A DNA stretch of 63,104 bases, filler included, from Globobulimina sp. (GCA_003354225.1; 15 parts of 15 records of this genome joined end to end with filler, not necessarily neighbours in it); one strand, 5' to 3'. Numbered from the whole stretch's first letter, positions 1-12,317 are shown. Numbers and translations: made by a program. The notes: generated by a model not told the origin, from the letters alone.

Positions 1-159
1 GCATTCCTTGTTTAAATAATCCTCAATTTGTATTACAAGTGAATCATAAAATATTTTTTTACATAATTTCGGTTCCTCTTTCTCCTCTGTATTATTACTA
101 GTTATATTTTCAAGTTTAATCAATAATGAATCTAGTTCACAGAGTGCAGACGATGTCAT
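1..159 (-). CDS. Hypothetical protein, 3'-partial (MTSSALCELDSLLIKLE...)
   Basis: ATG at 159, open to the window edge. No recognisable motif. Confidence 0.4.
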   Translation of the reverse strand, partial: MTSSALCELDSLLIKLENITSNNTEEKEEPKLCKKIFYDSLVIQIEDYLNKEC

Positions 160-468
160 TGTCAACAATAAGATTTTGCGGAAAGTTTAATGGCAACGCC
201 GCCGCTAAAGTATATTTTCTGATTTATTTAGTGCATCAAAGATAGCAAATACACCAACAAATACGCCTATCAATAATAACGTCTTCAAAACTTTAAGAAT
301 CAACCAAACAATTATTTTTATATTGTGTATGGTGATTACTGTCTGGTTCAGAGAAATGTGGAAAAAAGAAAAAAAGTTAGACAATTCACAATTTTCCTTT
401 AAATAAAAATCCAAGTATGTTAGGAGCAATTCGGGATGACATTAATTATATTTTACAACAATGATATT

Positions 469-762
469 TCATATATTTTTCTGTTTTGAGAGTTCTAACT
501 TCAATTTATTTTTAAGATATGTATGTTCTGTATTTTTATTTGCATCAATTGCTTTCCGTGGTATTTTTTTGTAGCCATCAATTGTTTGACGAAACAACTC
601 ATTATTTTCATATTCAGTGTCATGCGTTTGGCACAATGTCAGTCTGTTTCTTACACTCCAACAATTTGACGCTTTACAGCCGCAATATCGGCACCATTTT
701 TTACCAAAACAAAAGGAAGCATCGTATTTCTTAATTTCTTCAATCAACTCATCTCTGTTCAT
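469..762 (-). CDS. Small protein with a GATA-like C-x2-C-x16-C-x2-H zinc finger
   Basis: WCRYCGCKASNCWSVRNRLTLCQTH; first ATG at 762 gives 97 aa. Confidence 0.55.
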   Translation of the reverse strand: MNRDELIEEIKKYDASFCFGKKWCRYCGCKASNCWSVRNRLTLCQTHDTEYENNELFRQTIDGYKKIPRKAIDANKNTEHTYLKNKLKLELSKQKNI

Positions 763-915
763 ATCTTGACAATTAACAAAAACAATCGATTGCAAATAAA
801 AAGCAACTACAATTTCAACACAACAACGCAAACAAATTAACAATTAAAACAATCAAAAAATACAAAGAAAAATGAAAAAAAAACATGTATGTCATGATAA
901 AAAAAAAAAAACAGG

Positions 916-3900
916 CTAAAAACATTTGAAAGTACCGACTTTATCGATTTTCTCTCTTTGTAGGTTTGTATGGAACGGGGTTTTTTGCATTCGGAGAGGA
1001 TCAAATCCGACTAAAACAATGAAAGAAATACATGTATAGGAATAGGGATTTTTTTATAGACATAATCATAAAACAGAGAAAGAGAAATATAAATAACAAC
1101 ATACTGTTTGGGATCGGAATGGCATCCAACTGCAGTTTGAGCCGTTTATTTGGCGGTTGTTTATAATTAATGGAGCTATGCCTTTTGTTGCCCGACATGT
1201 GTTTTTGGTGCTTTTTGCGTGTTTGCGCCCGTGTCATGTGCGTTTTTTTTGCAATATTAGTATCATCACAATCTAATACAATAACATCCATATGTTTGGT
1301 CTGTTTGTGTTGTACATGTTTGTGTTGCAAACCTTTGCAATAATCAGATTCAATTTTGATTCTATACTTTTCCCTTTGAATCTGATTATTATTCATAGTA
1401 ATTTCACTCAAAACCTTTAAAACTTGTGAAGTTTCAGCAAATTCAAGTTTAAATACCTTATTATTGGCATTTGCGGCCTTCCCATAGTTAGCTAGCTGCT
1501 CAGTGCAGATATTGCTGTTTATCTCGTTGGCATTCACTGACTTTACCTTTACCGTCTCGCAGATATTTATATTTACATTGTTTATGGTCGAATCTGAATC
1601 ATTATTTATCGTCGCAATGGACAGCGTGGAATCCGTATCATTGTTGTTCATATTATTCATCTTTGCGTGATGCTGCGAATTGGAAATGCAATCCACCAAA
1701 TTCCTATGCACTCTCAATGGAGGCTGCACAGTCTTTTTCGCCGCAGTATTTGATGGACCTTTCAATGATTCAAACAATAATTTGTGCTTATTATTACTGT
1801 TCGAATTGGCATTGCCATTCTTACCCAGAACTGGCGCCAAATGAGAGTCCAAATCGTTTTTCAAAAACGTTTTATGAGCATCCAATCGCCGTTTTTCTTT
1901 CATTTGTCTCACTTTTAATTTCTGCGCATCTTCGGCTAACTCACTGCGTAATTCATGATTAAATGCGCGGAAACGAGGCGGAGGATGGTGAGGATGCGGC
2001 CGATTCATTCGATTGATAGCGGACGGATAGCCTCTATACGACCAATGGGGCACTGGTACCGGCGCATAATATCGCCGATTATTATAATAATTGATCTGCT
2101 GCTGTCTCTCCATCGCAATATTCATCAGCGGCTCCGTCGATTTATGCCGTTGATCCGCTGCTTTATTGGGCGACTGCGACAAGGAAATAAGCGTCGGATT
2201 ATCCCGATTATTCACAGCATAGCCACCGCCATGACCGGCGGCGTGGGGCTGCACCAATGGCACCGCCACGTGCTGCTGCTGCATTTGTTGCATTTTATTC
2301 ATTTTCAGCGCCCAGCGCTTGGACCGCTTGCCGAATATCTTGGTGTCTTCAATGCTTTTCAATGCCGCATGAAACAGCTTAAACTGCGGCGTCAAATGCT
2401 TGATTTCCTTCGCCTCCGCACTGGTCAATATATGTTGGAAGAATTTGATCAAATTCTCCTTGGCGCCACGCACCAATTTCAGGCCATAGCTTTTATTTTG
2501 TCCCCACGACTCTGGATTCCCTTCGTGGTACAATACCGCTGCTAACTGCCCCACGCTGCGACACTGTCGCCGATATTCCACCGCCTCCTCGCCAATATAC
2601 TCACCGCTCGTCACACTCACACTGTGCTTCACTTTGATCCGTCGTCTATGCCATCGCGACACCACACAAATCTTATTATTCACTCGCAATTTCTCCTTCT
2701 TTTCATCCGTCGCGTCGCGTTTACTCCGACTCCGCGTCTGCCGCCGCAACGGAGTCACTAACTTCGTGCTGGCCATCATAGCCACATCGCCATCGCCGTC
2801 GCTGTCATTGCCATTGTCCGTATCCACGACAGAGACGGCATCAATGTCATCTTCGCTGAAATGGAAAAAATAGCGCGGGTTCACCAACAACCCCTTCTCC
2901 TCTAACTGCAGCCGCTGCGGTTTGCCATGAAGCTCAAAATAGGGATCGTACTCATTCATACTCGACAACACTTCATCGAATTTCTTCAAATCGGAGGGGT
3001 GCATCACAGGGTACACCTCGTCCGCTGTATTCTCGTCATCCTCGTCCGCGGCGGCCGCGCCTTTACTTTTATTCCTATTCTTCTCGCCTTGTTTGCTGAA
3101 ATCCGTATTGTAGATCAGCAGCTTCCTCAATTGCTTGATCTGAAACGCACGGATTAAGTTCACCGAGTTCTTGTACTGTTTGGCGTTTTGCGTGAACACG
3201 GTCCCCGGCTCCACACCGGTTTGCGTCTTGCCATTGATGTTGGTCTGCGAGGGCCAATTGGTGCAATTAAAGGGGCGGTAAAAGGCCTGCGAATACCACG
3301 ACTGCCCCTTGGCGATGGATCGGATAGTTTTGAGGTACAGATTGCACTGCGAACGCGACGTATTGCCGCCGTATTTGATCTTGCTGTCGTCGTGCAAATA
3401 GACCCAACGTAGGTCCAAGGCGGAAGAGAGCGCGTTTTCGATGGCCAAGGCGTCCGTCCCCGACACGTTTTGCCCCTTTTGCAGCCAGACCAATTCGCCG
3501 CAATTGCCGCCCTTATCGCAGCGGATGAGCAGGATGATGTTGTTGGGCGTGGTGTGCCCTTCCAACACACGAAAGAAGTAATAATCGCGCTGGCTGAGCT
3601 CCGTGGTGTAACCCATCATCTGCTGCTCCGACGTGCAGTTCGTGAACCAATTGCCGTCGTTGATGAGTAATTGAATCCATTTCTGCTTTTGCGGGATCTG
3701 CAGCCATAGGGAGTAGAAACGTTTGGTGTCGCCGTGGTTGTGCAGCTCGTTGAGAGTGCAGAACTGCAGCAGTTTGTTCATTTTGTGCGTGAAGAGCTGG
3801 CGCTGCTTCTTCTTGATGGAATGTTGGTGGTCGTAAGGCTCGAGATTGTATTTCAGCCATTCGCGGAATTCGCGCCATTTCAAGGCTTTGGTGGCTTTGG

Positions 3901-4117
3901 TGCACTCGGTGTCGGAGACGTAGACTCTCTGCGAGGCCAAGTGCAAGATTTTGTGGGTGGTGGATTGCCGCTTTTTTTTGCACTTTTTCTTTTTTTTTCG
4001 CTTTTTCTTGCTCTTTTTCTTGCCGCCTGCGGTATGGGTGGAGTGTTGCTTTCGTGCAAGGATAGGAAATGAAAATGGAATAAAATACCATTTGGATCGA
4101 GTGCGGTGGCCGGGTCG
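916..4117 (-). CDS. Large 5'-partial protein with a putative GNAT-like core followed by Q/N/K-rich low-complexity regions
   Basis: The 981-aa ORF frame stays open to the contig edge. A GT-AG intron at 1011-1104 restores a terminal exon ending at TAG 916-918. Core motifs: ELVWLQKG..SGTDAL, VYLHDDSK, GQSWYSQAFY. Confidence 0.75.
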
Positions 4118-4217
4118 NNNNNNNNNNNNNNNNNNNNNNNNNNNNNNNNNNNNNNNNNNNNTTAATTAATTAANNNNNNNNNNNNNNNNNNNNNNNNNNN
4201 NNNNNNNNNNNNNNNNN
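4118..4217. other. Artificial contig-join spacer. The same spacer recurs at 8335, 12552, 16769, 20985, 25201, 29417, 33631, 37844, 42057, 46269, 50479, 54689 and 58897.
   Basis: 44 N + TTAATTAATTAA (stops in all six frames) + 44 N, repeated 14 times. Segment lengths between spacers never increase, running 4117 to 4108 nt. Confidence 0.99.
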
Positions 4218-4539
4218 ATGTATATTGTATACTGTATATTGATGTATAAGTACTTTAGAATAGGACCTGTTTGAAACACTGCGTTTTAGAAAAATTTTAA
4301 AACCTATGGAGAGGTCATCACCATCTCCTAACAATGTGTTTTAAAAACATTATAAAGTATATTTTTAAAAACATAATTGTATATTGTATTGTAGTCAATT
4401 AATTGTATATTATGATATTGTATATGTAGTCAAGAAATATATACACAGAAATAAAAAACAAAATAACACAGCAAATCCACGCGAATAAAAAAGTTTATAT
4501 GTTATAATTAAGACAATTTAATCTCAATGTTCGTATTGG

Positions 4540-5481
4540 TCACACAATTACTGTAGAGGCAGAGATCTCTGCTAAGCCAAGTTCAACCCTTTCAATATCA
4601 ATATTTTTGCGACTAATTTTATTCCATAATATTCTACATTTTGTGTCGATGCATCCACATAATATCTCATAGGAATCATGAAAATAATTATATGATAAAA
4701 TAATGCAAATAAAACTGATATACGGATCCAACAAATACAATGAATATAAAACTGCGGCTGTACTTGGAAAGACAATGAATACTACAAACACGACGGGCAC
4801 ACATAATGTCATAAATATACTGATCAATGCTAAGATGCTATTTCGTGTTATTATTTCCAGCAAACTGGCATCGACATGGATGGATCTGTAAACACAAACC
4901 AATTTATAAATAAATAAACCCATCACCGAGACCATTAACGACAGAATCAACAAAAAACCAATCAATATCAAAACGGCAGCAATAGCAATGGAATCATGAT
5001 CAGCAAACATATAAACCATTATAGCACAGATTAATTCAAATGGCGTCAATATGTAAATAACGAGAAACACTTTAGTTGCATTGCGAGATAGTGCATGTTG
5101 CGTGTTATCAAAAATACAAACAAGGCGGACAAATAACAATAATAACAATGCGTATGTCTGGATCACATAAAATAAATTCGCCAACAAAGGAACCAATATT
5201 CGATATGCGGCATAACCGGGACTTGGAGTACAACTAAGGACATCTCGCGGTACTTTCAATGCTGAAATAATAAATGTTGAGATGCAAATTAAAAGCCCCA
5301 AATAAAATAATGGCGCTGAGAATTGGGATGTTTTTTTCTTTTGACGATGAGATTTGGAACGTCTAGATATAAATTGATAAGTAATCGGAATGGTCGTAAG
5401 GCACAGCACCAAACTAACAGCATTTACAACGACTCTCATGCCGAAATACTGGCACATGTACAATGCATATCCGTCTGACAT
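4540..5481 (-). CDS. Seven-transmembrane, GPCR-like membrane protein
   Basis: 313-aa intronless ORF with about 7 hydrophobic segments and a C-terminal 'YEILCGCID' helix-8-like segment. Confidence 0.75.
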   Translation of the reverse strand: MSDGYALYMCQYFGMRVVVNAVSLVLCLTTIPITYQFISRRSKSHRQKKKTSQFSAPLFYLGLLICISTFIISALKVPRDVLSCTPSPGYAAYRILVPLLANLFYVIQTYALLLLLFVRLVCIFDNTQHALSRNATKVFLVIYILTPFELICAIMVYMFADHDSIAIAAVLILIGFLLILSLMVSVMGLFIYKLVCVYRSIHVDASLLEIITRNSILALISIFMTLCVPVVFVVFIVFPSTAAVLYSLYLLDPYISFICIILSYNYFHDSYEILCGCIDTKCRILWNKISRKNIDIERVELGLAEISASTVIV

Positions 5482-5541
5482 TATAATCTCAGATGAATGA
5501 CTACAAAACTTCGAAACTTTGAAGTGTGTAACACAAATATC

Positions 5542-8334
5542 ATGGCAGATTTACCAAACACAATGGCAATGGACGACAGCGCGTCAGATAACAATGATAA
5601 CGCAAATACCCACAATACAAACCATAACAGCACCGCAGTCTGCGGCTATTTAGTACGCATCGACCAGTCCGGCAACCACTGCACACCGTTCATTCTCACC
5701 AAACGAAACACCACCATCGGGCGGAAAAAAAACAACGACATCACCTTAACCGATGCCACCATCTCCTCCAATCACGCCGAAATTGAAATAGATTCTGCCA
5801 ACAAACAGGCATTTATCATCGACCTGGCCTCCACCAATAAAACACGAGTCGGTCGTTTATTGCCCTCAGCAACGCAGAGCAATAAAAGCTGCAAAGCCCA
5901 CCGTGAATGTATCCTAAACTCCGGCGATTATGCCACTTTTGGTGATGTACATTTTATCTTTTACCACGAAGAGGATTACGACGAATATCAGTCACAACAA
6001 AGCCAACAAAAAGTATCTCCCAACACAGCACAAAGAAACAGCATATCCTTAAGCCACACGCAAGCATTTGATGTCGATGAGACTGCGGCCAATACGGCGG
6101 CGAACCGGACGAGTAAAAGCGAAATAGATTTAAAAATGTCAGTGTCTGACGACGACACTGTCAAACAGCCATCGCCAAAGCGAGTGCAGTTCAAAGACCC
6201 GCATTCTCCGAATGACAACTCGCATAATTTAGAGCCTACACTGGCATGGGACGACGATTCGACTCAGGTACGCCATACATACACATTACGCATTTCTGGC
6301 TGAAACCGCATGCAAAACGTACATAGGAAGAGGAGGATAATGCTGCTTCGGACCCGTTGGCTGCGACAATGGCATTTGACGACATCGATGATGAAGATGA
6401 CGGGTTAGCAGCAACAATGGCGTTTGATGACATTGATGATAATAATGGATTGGCAGCAACTATGGCCTTTGACGATGATGTAGATGATGGTAAAGATGCG
6501 TTACCCGCTACAATGGCGTTTGGTGATGATAATGACAATGATGAATATGGAATGTGTGGTGGTGACTTAGCTGCGACCATAGCCATTGGCAGTGATAACG
6601 AGGAAGACCATGGCGGTGAATTAGCGGCAACAATGGCTATTGGCAGCGATGACGAGGATGACGGTGTAGGTGAACTAGCCGCTACTATGCGTATTGACGA
6701 TGATGTTGATGGTGAGTTGGCTGCTACGATGGCCATTGGCAGTGATAATGAGGATGGTAATATGGGTGATGTTGATGGTGAGTTAGCGGCTACGATGGCT
6801 ATTGATGGGAGTGATGATGATGAGGCAGTGGATAATTTACCGCAAACTGTAGCTATTGATGATAATGATGGCGATACGGAGGAAGAAGTAGGAGAGGAAG
6901 AGGTGGATAAATTGCCACAAACCATAGCGATGGATGTTTATGAGGATGAATGTGCTGCGACAATGGCTATTATTGATGTTAATTCTATATGTTTTTGCAC
7001 GCACTTTTGTGATATTTGTGTTTTTCTATAGGATAATGACGATGTAAATGATCAATTGCCGGCTACCATTGCTATTGATAACGATGGTGACACAGAAGAA
7101 GAAGAAGAAGATGTAGGCCACCAATTGCCTGCTACCATGGCTATGGACGATGAGGATGTAGCTCCTGATACAGATTTAGCTGCTACGTTAGCGGTATTAT
7201 CAGGAAATAGTAATGACAGTAATGACGACAATAATAATGCATTAGCAGCAACCATGGCCATTGATGAGAGCGAATGTCACGAATTTCAGTCTGAAAAAGT
7301 GCAGCTTGAGCCCACATTGGCGGTGATGGATGACAATAAGAACGAAACGGAATTGGCTGCGACGGTCAGGATTGACACAGAAGACATTGATTTAAATGAT
7401 TCCAATGATTCCAATGAGTTAAATACAAATTTTGATGAATTATCCTCTGAAGAAGAAGAGGAAGAGCCTCAGGAACCTTTTATTGAGGAAAAGCCAAAGG
7501 AGCCAACACCGCCACCCCCACCGCCACAGAAACGAGGTCGAGGAAGAAGAGCAAAACAGACAAATAAAAAAGTTAATTTCATTTTGTTTTATTATATTTT
7601 AAAATGTTTGATGGAAAATAACAGGAACAGGCGGAAGAAGTGCAACCAATCAATGCACGGAGACGAAGTGCACGCATTGCAAAAAGATCAAATTCCATTT
7701 CCACTGAAAATAGCGCTGAAGATGGCGAGGGTGACATTGAAATGAAAACAAATCCCAAAAATGAAAAAAAAGTTGCAACTCAAAAAAAAACTGCAGCGAA
7801 AGCCAATGGTTCATTGTCATCCTTATTTGCATCGCGAGGGAAAAAAAATGCACTTCGCGGTAAGAAAAGAACAGTGCAACAACGAGATGAAGAAGAAGAT
7901 AACACAAATAATTCCAATACTAATCCAGTTGAACCACCACCGGCAAAGCGTCCGCGTCGTGGCCGAATAGCAAAACGATCGCAACAATCAGACGATGAAA
8001 ATGACACAAATAATAAAAATAAAAAGAAAAAGTCACCGAATCGACGGAAAAAGTCAAACAATCGAAGACGTAAACGGAAACAGTCGAGTTCTGAGGAGGA
8101 AGAAGAGGATAAACATGTGGTACTATTACGCACTGGAACTGATAACAAAAATGAAACAAAGCAGTTGCAAAATTTAGGTTTGTGTCTGTGCCATGCTTCA
8201 AAAAGAAAACTTTTTAGTGCGGTGAACTTTAAACCATGTCAACATTTACTTTTTTTTAAAGGTGCCACAGTGTTGGAAGATTATGATGATTCTGTTACTC
8301 ATATTATATCATCACAGCCTCGAAGGACACTTAA
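5542..8334 (+). CDS. MDC1-like DNA-damage scaffold (FHA - acidic Thr repeats - BRCT), 3'-partial
   Basis: FHA motifs TIGR..SSNHA..DLASTNKT. About 20 L[AP]xT[MLIV]A[IFVM] repeats. BRCT start VLLRTG...THIISSQPRRTL. Introns at 6268-6326, 6978-7031, 7572-7624 and 8178-8261 join the four ORFs in frame. Confidence 0.8.
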
Positions 8335-8434
8335 NNNNNNNNNNNNNNNNNNNNNNNNNNNNNNNNNNNNNNNNNNNNTTAATTAATTAANNNNNNNNNN
8401 NNNNNNNNNNNNNNNNNNNNNNNNNNNNNNNNNN

Positions 8435-8700
8435 TACAAATTGACTTAATATTGCCAGCCTGTAAGGTTCGCTCGGAAATCCAAAACATAGCGACCAATG
8501 GATCAAGTGGCATATGGAATGGATCCTCATCCATCATTATACAATATGTGGCAAAATGCCTCAAACTGGAGACATAATGCTCTTTGGTGGACAATTCTTT
8601 ATTGGATAAAATTAGTTTGTTGATATCTTTTGCATTTTTTGCGTCTTTCCGTGCCATACGATTATTATTTAAACGTTGACACATATAATCTGAATATGTA
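8435..8700 (-). CDS. Tyrosine recombinase N-terminal (SAM-like) region, truncated by the contig end
   Basis: LSTKEHYVSSLRHFATYC...PLDPLVAMFWISE...SI fits the 'ST..Y...W/F..FC' start of DIRS YR ORFs and lies downstream of RT-RH. Catalytic residues are not in the window. Confidence 0.6.
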
Positions 8701-9122
8701 TTAAATTTGTATACAAAAGTTAGAAACACTTTTAGTAATGTAAAGCGCAGTCAGTATTTCCGCAGTTCAAACAAAATTATAGGAGAGTTAAAGAAAGGGA
8801 TAAGACAAACAATTTTCACTTGTCCCAAATTATGCATACAAAGAGGGAAAGGGACTGACTTGAAAAGTTATTGACGGCTGACCTTTTCCAGAAAGTTCTC
8901 CAGATTTAAGGCAGTTTCAATCAATTTGGACTGCATAAAAGCAGGCAAAGACAATAAATTGTAAACGTAAAATTTTTAGAAAGAGACTTGAAAACAAACA
9001 AAGTTTTTGTGTAAGTTTGTTTTTGCATTTTTCAATGGAGGAGGGAGAGGTAGGAAGCGGTTGCTGTTGACACATTGATATAATTTGCAGAGGAATTAGG
9101 ACAGTCTGTGTGGAAAGACATA

Positions 9123-10878
9123 TCAATAATTCATATAGAAGGGATACGGGGAATGTTGACGTTGACTCTTTGGCAATCTCAGCCAATTAACAAATTGCTT
9201 ATATTCCACCATATCGCGTTGATGAAATTTAGTCTTCGAATCCATAAATACAAAATTTGAGAAATAATCAGGAGATATTTCATTAAGATGGAGATTAAAT
9301 TGATTGGATAACTGATTAAAAGCATTCATATCATATCTTGACAATAAATCAGCAAAATCATTAAACTCAGAAGGAATCCATTCGAAGAACATATAAATTT
9401 TATATTTTATTAACTGTAAACAAAGCTCATAAACAAAGATCATTACTGAGTAGCGACCGGACCATTTTCTGGTCATCGCATAGAAACAAATGGAATTATG
9501 AATTGTATAAATGAACAGATTTCCCAGTTAAGATATGTTTGTATGACTCAACTAAGGTAAGGACGCAATGAGCTTCCTTTTGATGTATTTTCCAGTTCAA
9601 ATGTTGATCAATAAATTTATATTTTGCATAAACAGAATCAACAACAAAACCTGCGCCTTTATTGCAAGCGTCTGTCGCCGCATAGATATTAATGGATGGC
9701 TTGCGAATTAAATTAAGTATTGGGACCGAACGGATATAAAAAGCATATTTGAGCCAGAATTTAAGATCATTGATGATCGAAAGTGGGAGAATTATCCAAT
9801 CTGTTTTCTTAATATGTCCATTACGGATATTTTGATGGATATAATATATCGAATTATAAACTAAGGCTTTCGTATTTGGGTTAAGCTGGCTCCAATGCAT
9901 TATTTTGCCAGTTAAGGACTCCAAAGCACGGCCTGAGACAACTCTGTATTGAATGACCCACGTTATAAATTTCTTTAATTGTAGGAAGGTTTTATGTGGA
10001 ATCTGAGCAGTTTGGTGACGGAGATTCCATTGTATTCCGTGAACGACTGACTCTTGGCATGCATGGACAGATTTGCCGTGGGAAACGGTCACATTTAACT
10101 CTTTAAAGAGGTCATCAAAGATCTGCTCCATTAAGAGACAGTCTTGCTTGGTTTTTGTGGCCATGGTAAAGTCATCAACGTGGACACGAATCGAATTTAA
10201 TAAATGAGGATATTGGATATGTAATTTGCAGTTATTTATAATCCAAACTAACAAAGTTGCAAAGTATTGACAGTTTGCAGGAGCTGATGATACTCCGTAT
10301 GGTTGTTTTCTGTCTCTGAACCGAAGACCGAATAAGGAGTATCCCAAGAAATCAGAATCGATTTCGGGTAATCCAATTTGCCTAAAAAAATCAGCTAAAT
10401 CGCGTAAGGCAAAATACTTTTTATCATGGAACAATTTGGCATAATCTTTCAAATTTGGAAGGTCAATCATGGCACATTTTTCTTGACGGATCCATTGATT
10501 AATGGCGGTGGTATTTATTGTATGGAAGGAACCATTGCGAATGACTCGGACTTTCGTATAAAAACCAAAATGGTCTTTTTTGGGGACGGCAAATATCATT
10601 ATAACATATTTCGGATCATAGTGAATGGGCTCAATTTGACCATTCTCACACTCGGAAATTATTTTGTCAACAATAGCAATCGCTTCTCTGTTATATATAT
10701 ATTTCGATAAATTAGATGGATTTTCTTGTTTATTGAAGGTTTTCAACCATAACGGAAAGCCATTTTTAATAAATTCTAATTCTACTTTGTCGTTCTTCTT
10801 GTTTTTTAAGTAACGTTCAAAGGCGTCAATATTTAACGCATTGCGATATTTCGAGCCCTCTTTGTGAAGCTGTTGCAA
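9123..10878 (-). pseudogene. Reverse transcriptase-RNase H of the DIRS-like element, frameshifted at about 9500
   Basis: RT motifs GFPL, VPKKD, DLADFFRQI, PYGVSSAP, HVDDF. RNase H motifs TDAC..GAG and HQKEA, then WIPSEFNDFADLLSR in the next frame (9123-9476). Confidence 0.9.
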
Positions 10879-11360
10879 CTTCGTAACTTTACTTGCGAGC
10901 TCCGGGGATATTTCTAATATACAATAACAGAGACAATATTCGGAGAACAGAACGTTTCATAGTAGACCAATACACTAAATTGGTGGAGGTGGACGTAAGT
11001 TTGACTAAGTTTGGAGAGAAACTGCATAAAATTGAAAACAGAAAAATTAAATAAATCCGCAAGAGAAACAATTTGAACTCTGCAAATAACAAGAAATTGA
11101 ACCAAAAAAGTAAAATTAAAACACAGTGAGTCGGAAAACAGCACAATAAATTGATTGTGACTGCAAACTATAAAATTGGTAGTTTGAGACAAAAACGTGT
11201 AATAAAATACGTAATAAACCAATCCCATGAAAGAAAGTAGTTGCATACACGGTGCGGTATACAATAAAAAGAAATTGAATATTGATAATATGCATAATAG
11301 TGATTGAATACAAATAAGTTTAATTTGATAAATAATATCAATCAATTTGAATAAAATAAA

Positions 11361-12317
11361 TTACTTTGAGACTAATTCACATTTACATAATGGATGAGAT
11401 TCGCCTGAATGCAATACACATTCATGTTTCTTTGGGCAATTCTCACCTTTTCTACATTCACCGGTGGCATTATAAAAGGCACATTTGTCACTGTGACGAA
11501 AGTCAAAGGAAGTACCTGAATCCTTCAACATCACAGAGATTTTCTTGGAATTTAAAATCATTGGGTTGTCATGCCAACGCGCGGCAAAATCCTGACCGGC
11601 ATTGCGATTGCGAGGCTTAGTTGGATCTCTATTTCTGTCGCGACCTCGATTTTCAGGATTCTTTGTTTTAACAAATGGTTTCCGCTCTTTTGGCTTTTTG
11701 ATGGGTTTCGGAGCGATTTGGACGTCGTCAGGGTTAAATGAGGAGAAATTATCCGATAAGAATGAAATCAATGACATATTTGATTTGCGATAAGATGGAT
11801 TTTGGAGCCAATTGGAAGAAAACGTGGAATAAAGAGACTGGTTTTGATTGATTGCGATTAACACACCTTTTTGTAACCAAGTCCACATATCTTGAGCCGG
11901 GAAGGATGGATCTTTCATAAACGGATGCAATAAATTGATGGTTTTGTTTAAATCGAAACTTTTATAATCTAAATAAACTCGAATTTCTCTGAAAAGTAGC
12001 TGTTGATTTTGTGATTGTGGTAATAATTTATTTAAACGGCAGGAGATATCAAAGATAAAATCACGAATAAAATTGAGAGTGTGAAGTATATTCCATTTTG
12101 ATTTGAATAACGAAGTGAGTTCCGACGTTGGGGTCAATTTATCAATGAATTTCAATGAATTATTTAAATATTTGGTGATGCGATAAACCATTCCAATAAA
12201 AGAAAAAGTCGGTCGAACCATGCCATTGATGAATTTAATGAGATGTATTTTGCATAATATTAAGTCAGATTGTTTGACGGCAGATTGCAATTTGGAGGAA
12301 TTTGACGGAGAATTCAA
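11361..12317 (-). CDS. Gag-like ORF1 with a C-terminal CCCH-type zinc knuckle
   Basis: CAFYNATGECRKGENCPKKHECVLHSGESHPLCKC resembles the Cys/His motif at the end of DIRS/Ngaro ORF1. It is preceded by a basic, R-rich stretch. Confidence 0.7.
   Translation of the reverse strand: MNSPSNSSKLQSAVKQSDLILCKIHLIKFINGMVRPTFSFIGMVYRITKYLNNSLKFIDKLTPTSELTSLFKSKWNILHTLNFIRDFIFDISCRLNKLLPQSQNQQLLFREIRVYLDYKSFDLNKTINLLHPFMKDPSFPAQDMWTWLQKGVLIAINQNQSLYSTFSSNWLQNPSYRKSNMSLISFLSDNFSSFNPDDVQIAPKPIKKPKERKPFVKTKNPENRGRDRNRDPTKPRNRNAGQDFAARWHDNPMILNSKKISVMLKDSGTSFDFRHSDKCAFYNATGECRKGENCPKKHECVLHSGESHPLCKCELVSK

Noticed and set aside
1663-4091. Many overlapping 60-200 aa ORFs in alternative frames
   Set aside because: A by-product of higher GC within the long minus-strand gene; no independent motifs.
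6236-8201. Antisense ORFs rich in Ser/Ile/Ala (6236..6925, 7052..7261, 7780..8148)
   Set aside because: They are mirror frames of the acidic repeat and basic regions of the MDC1-like gene.
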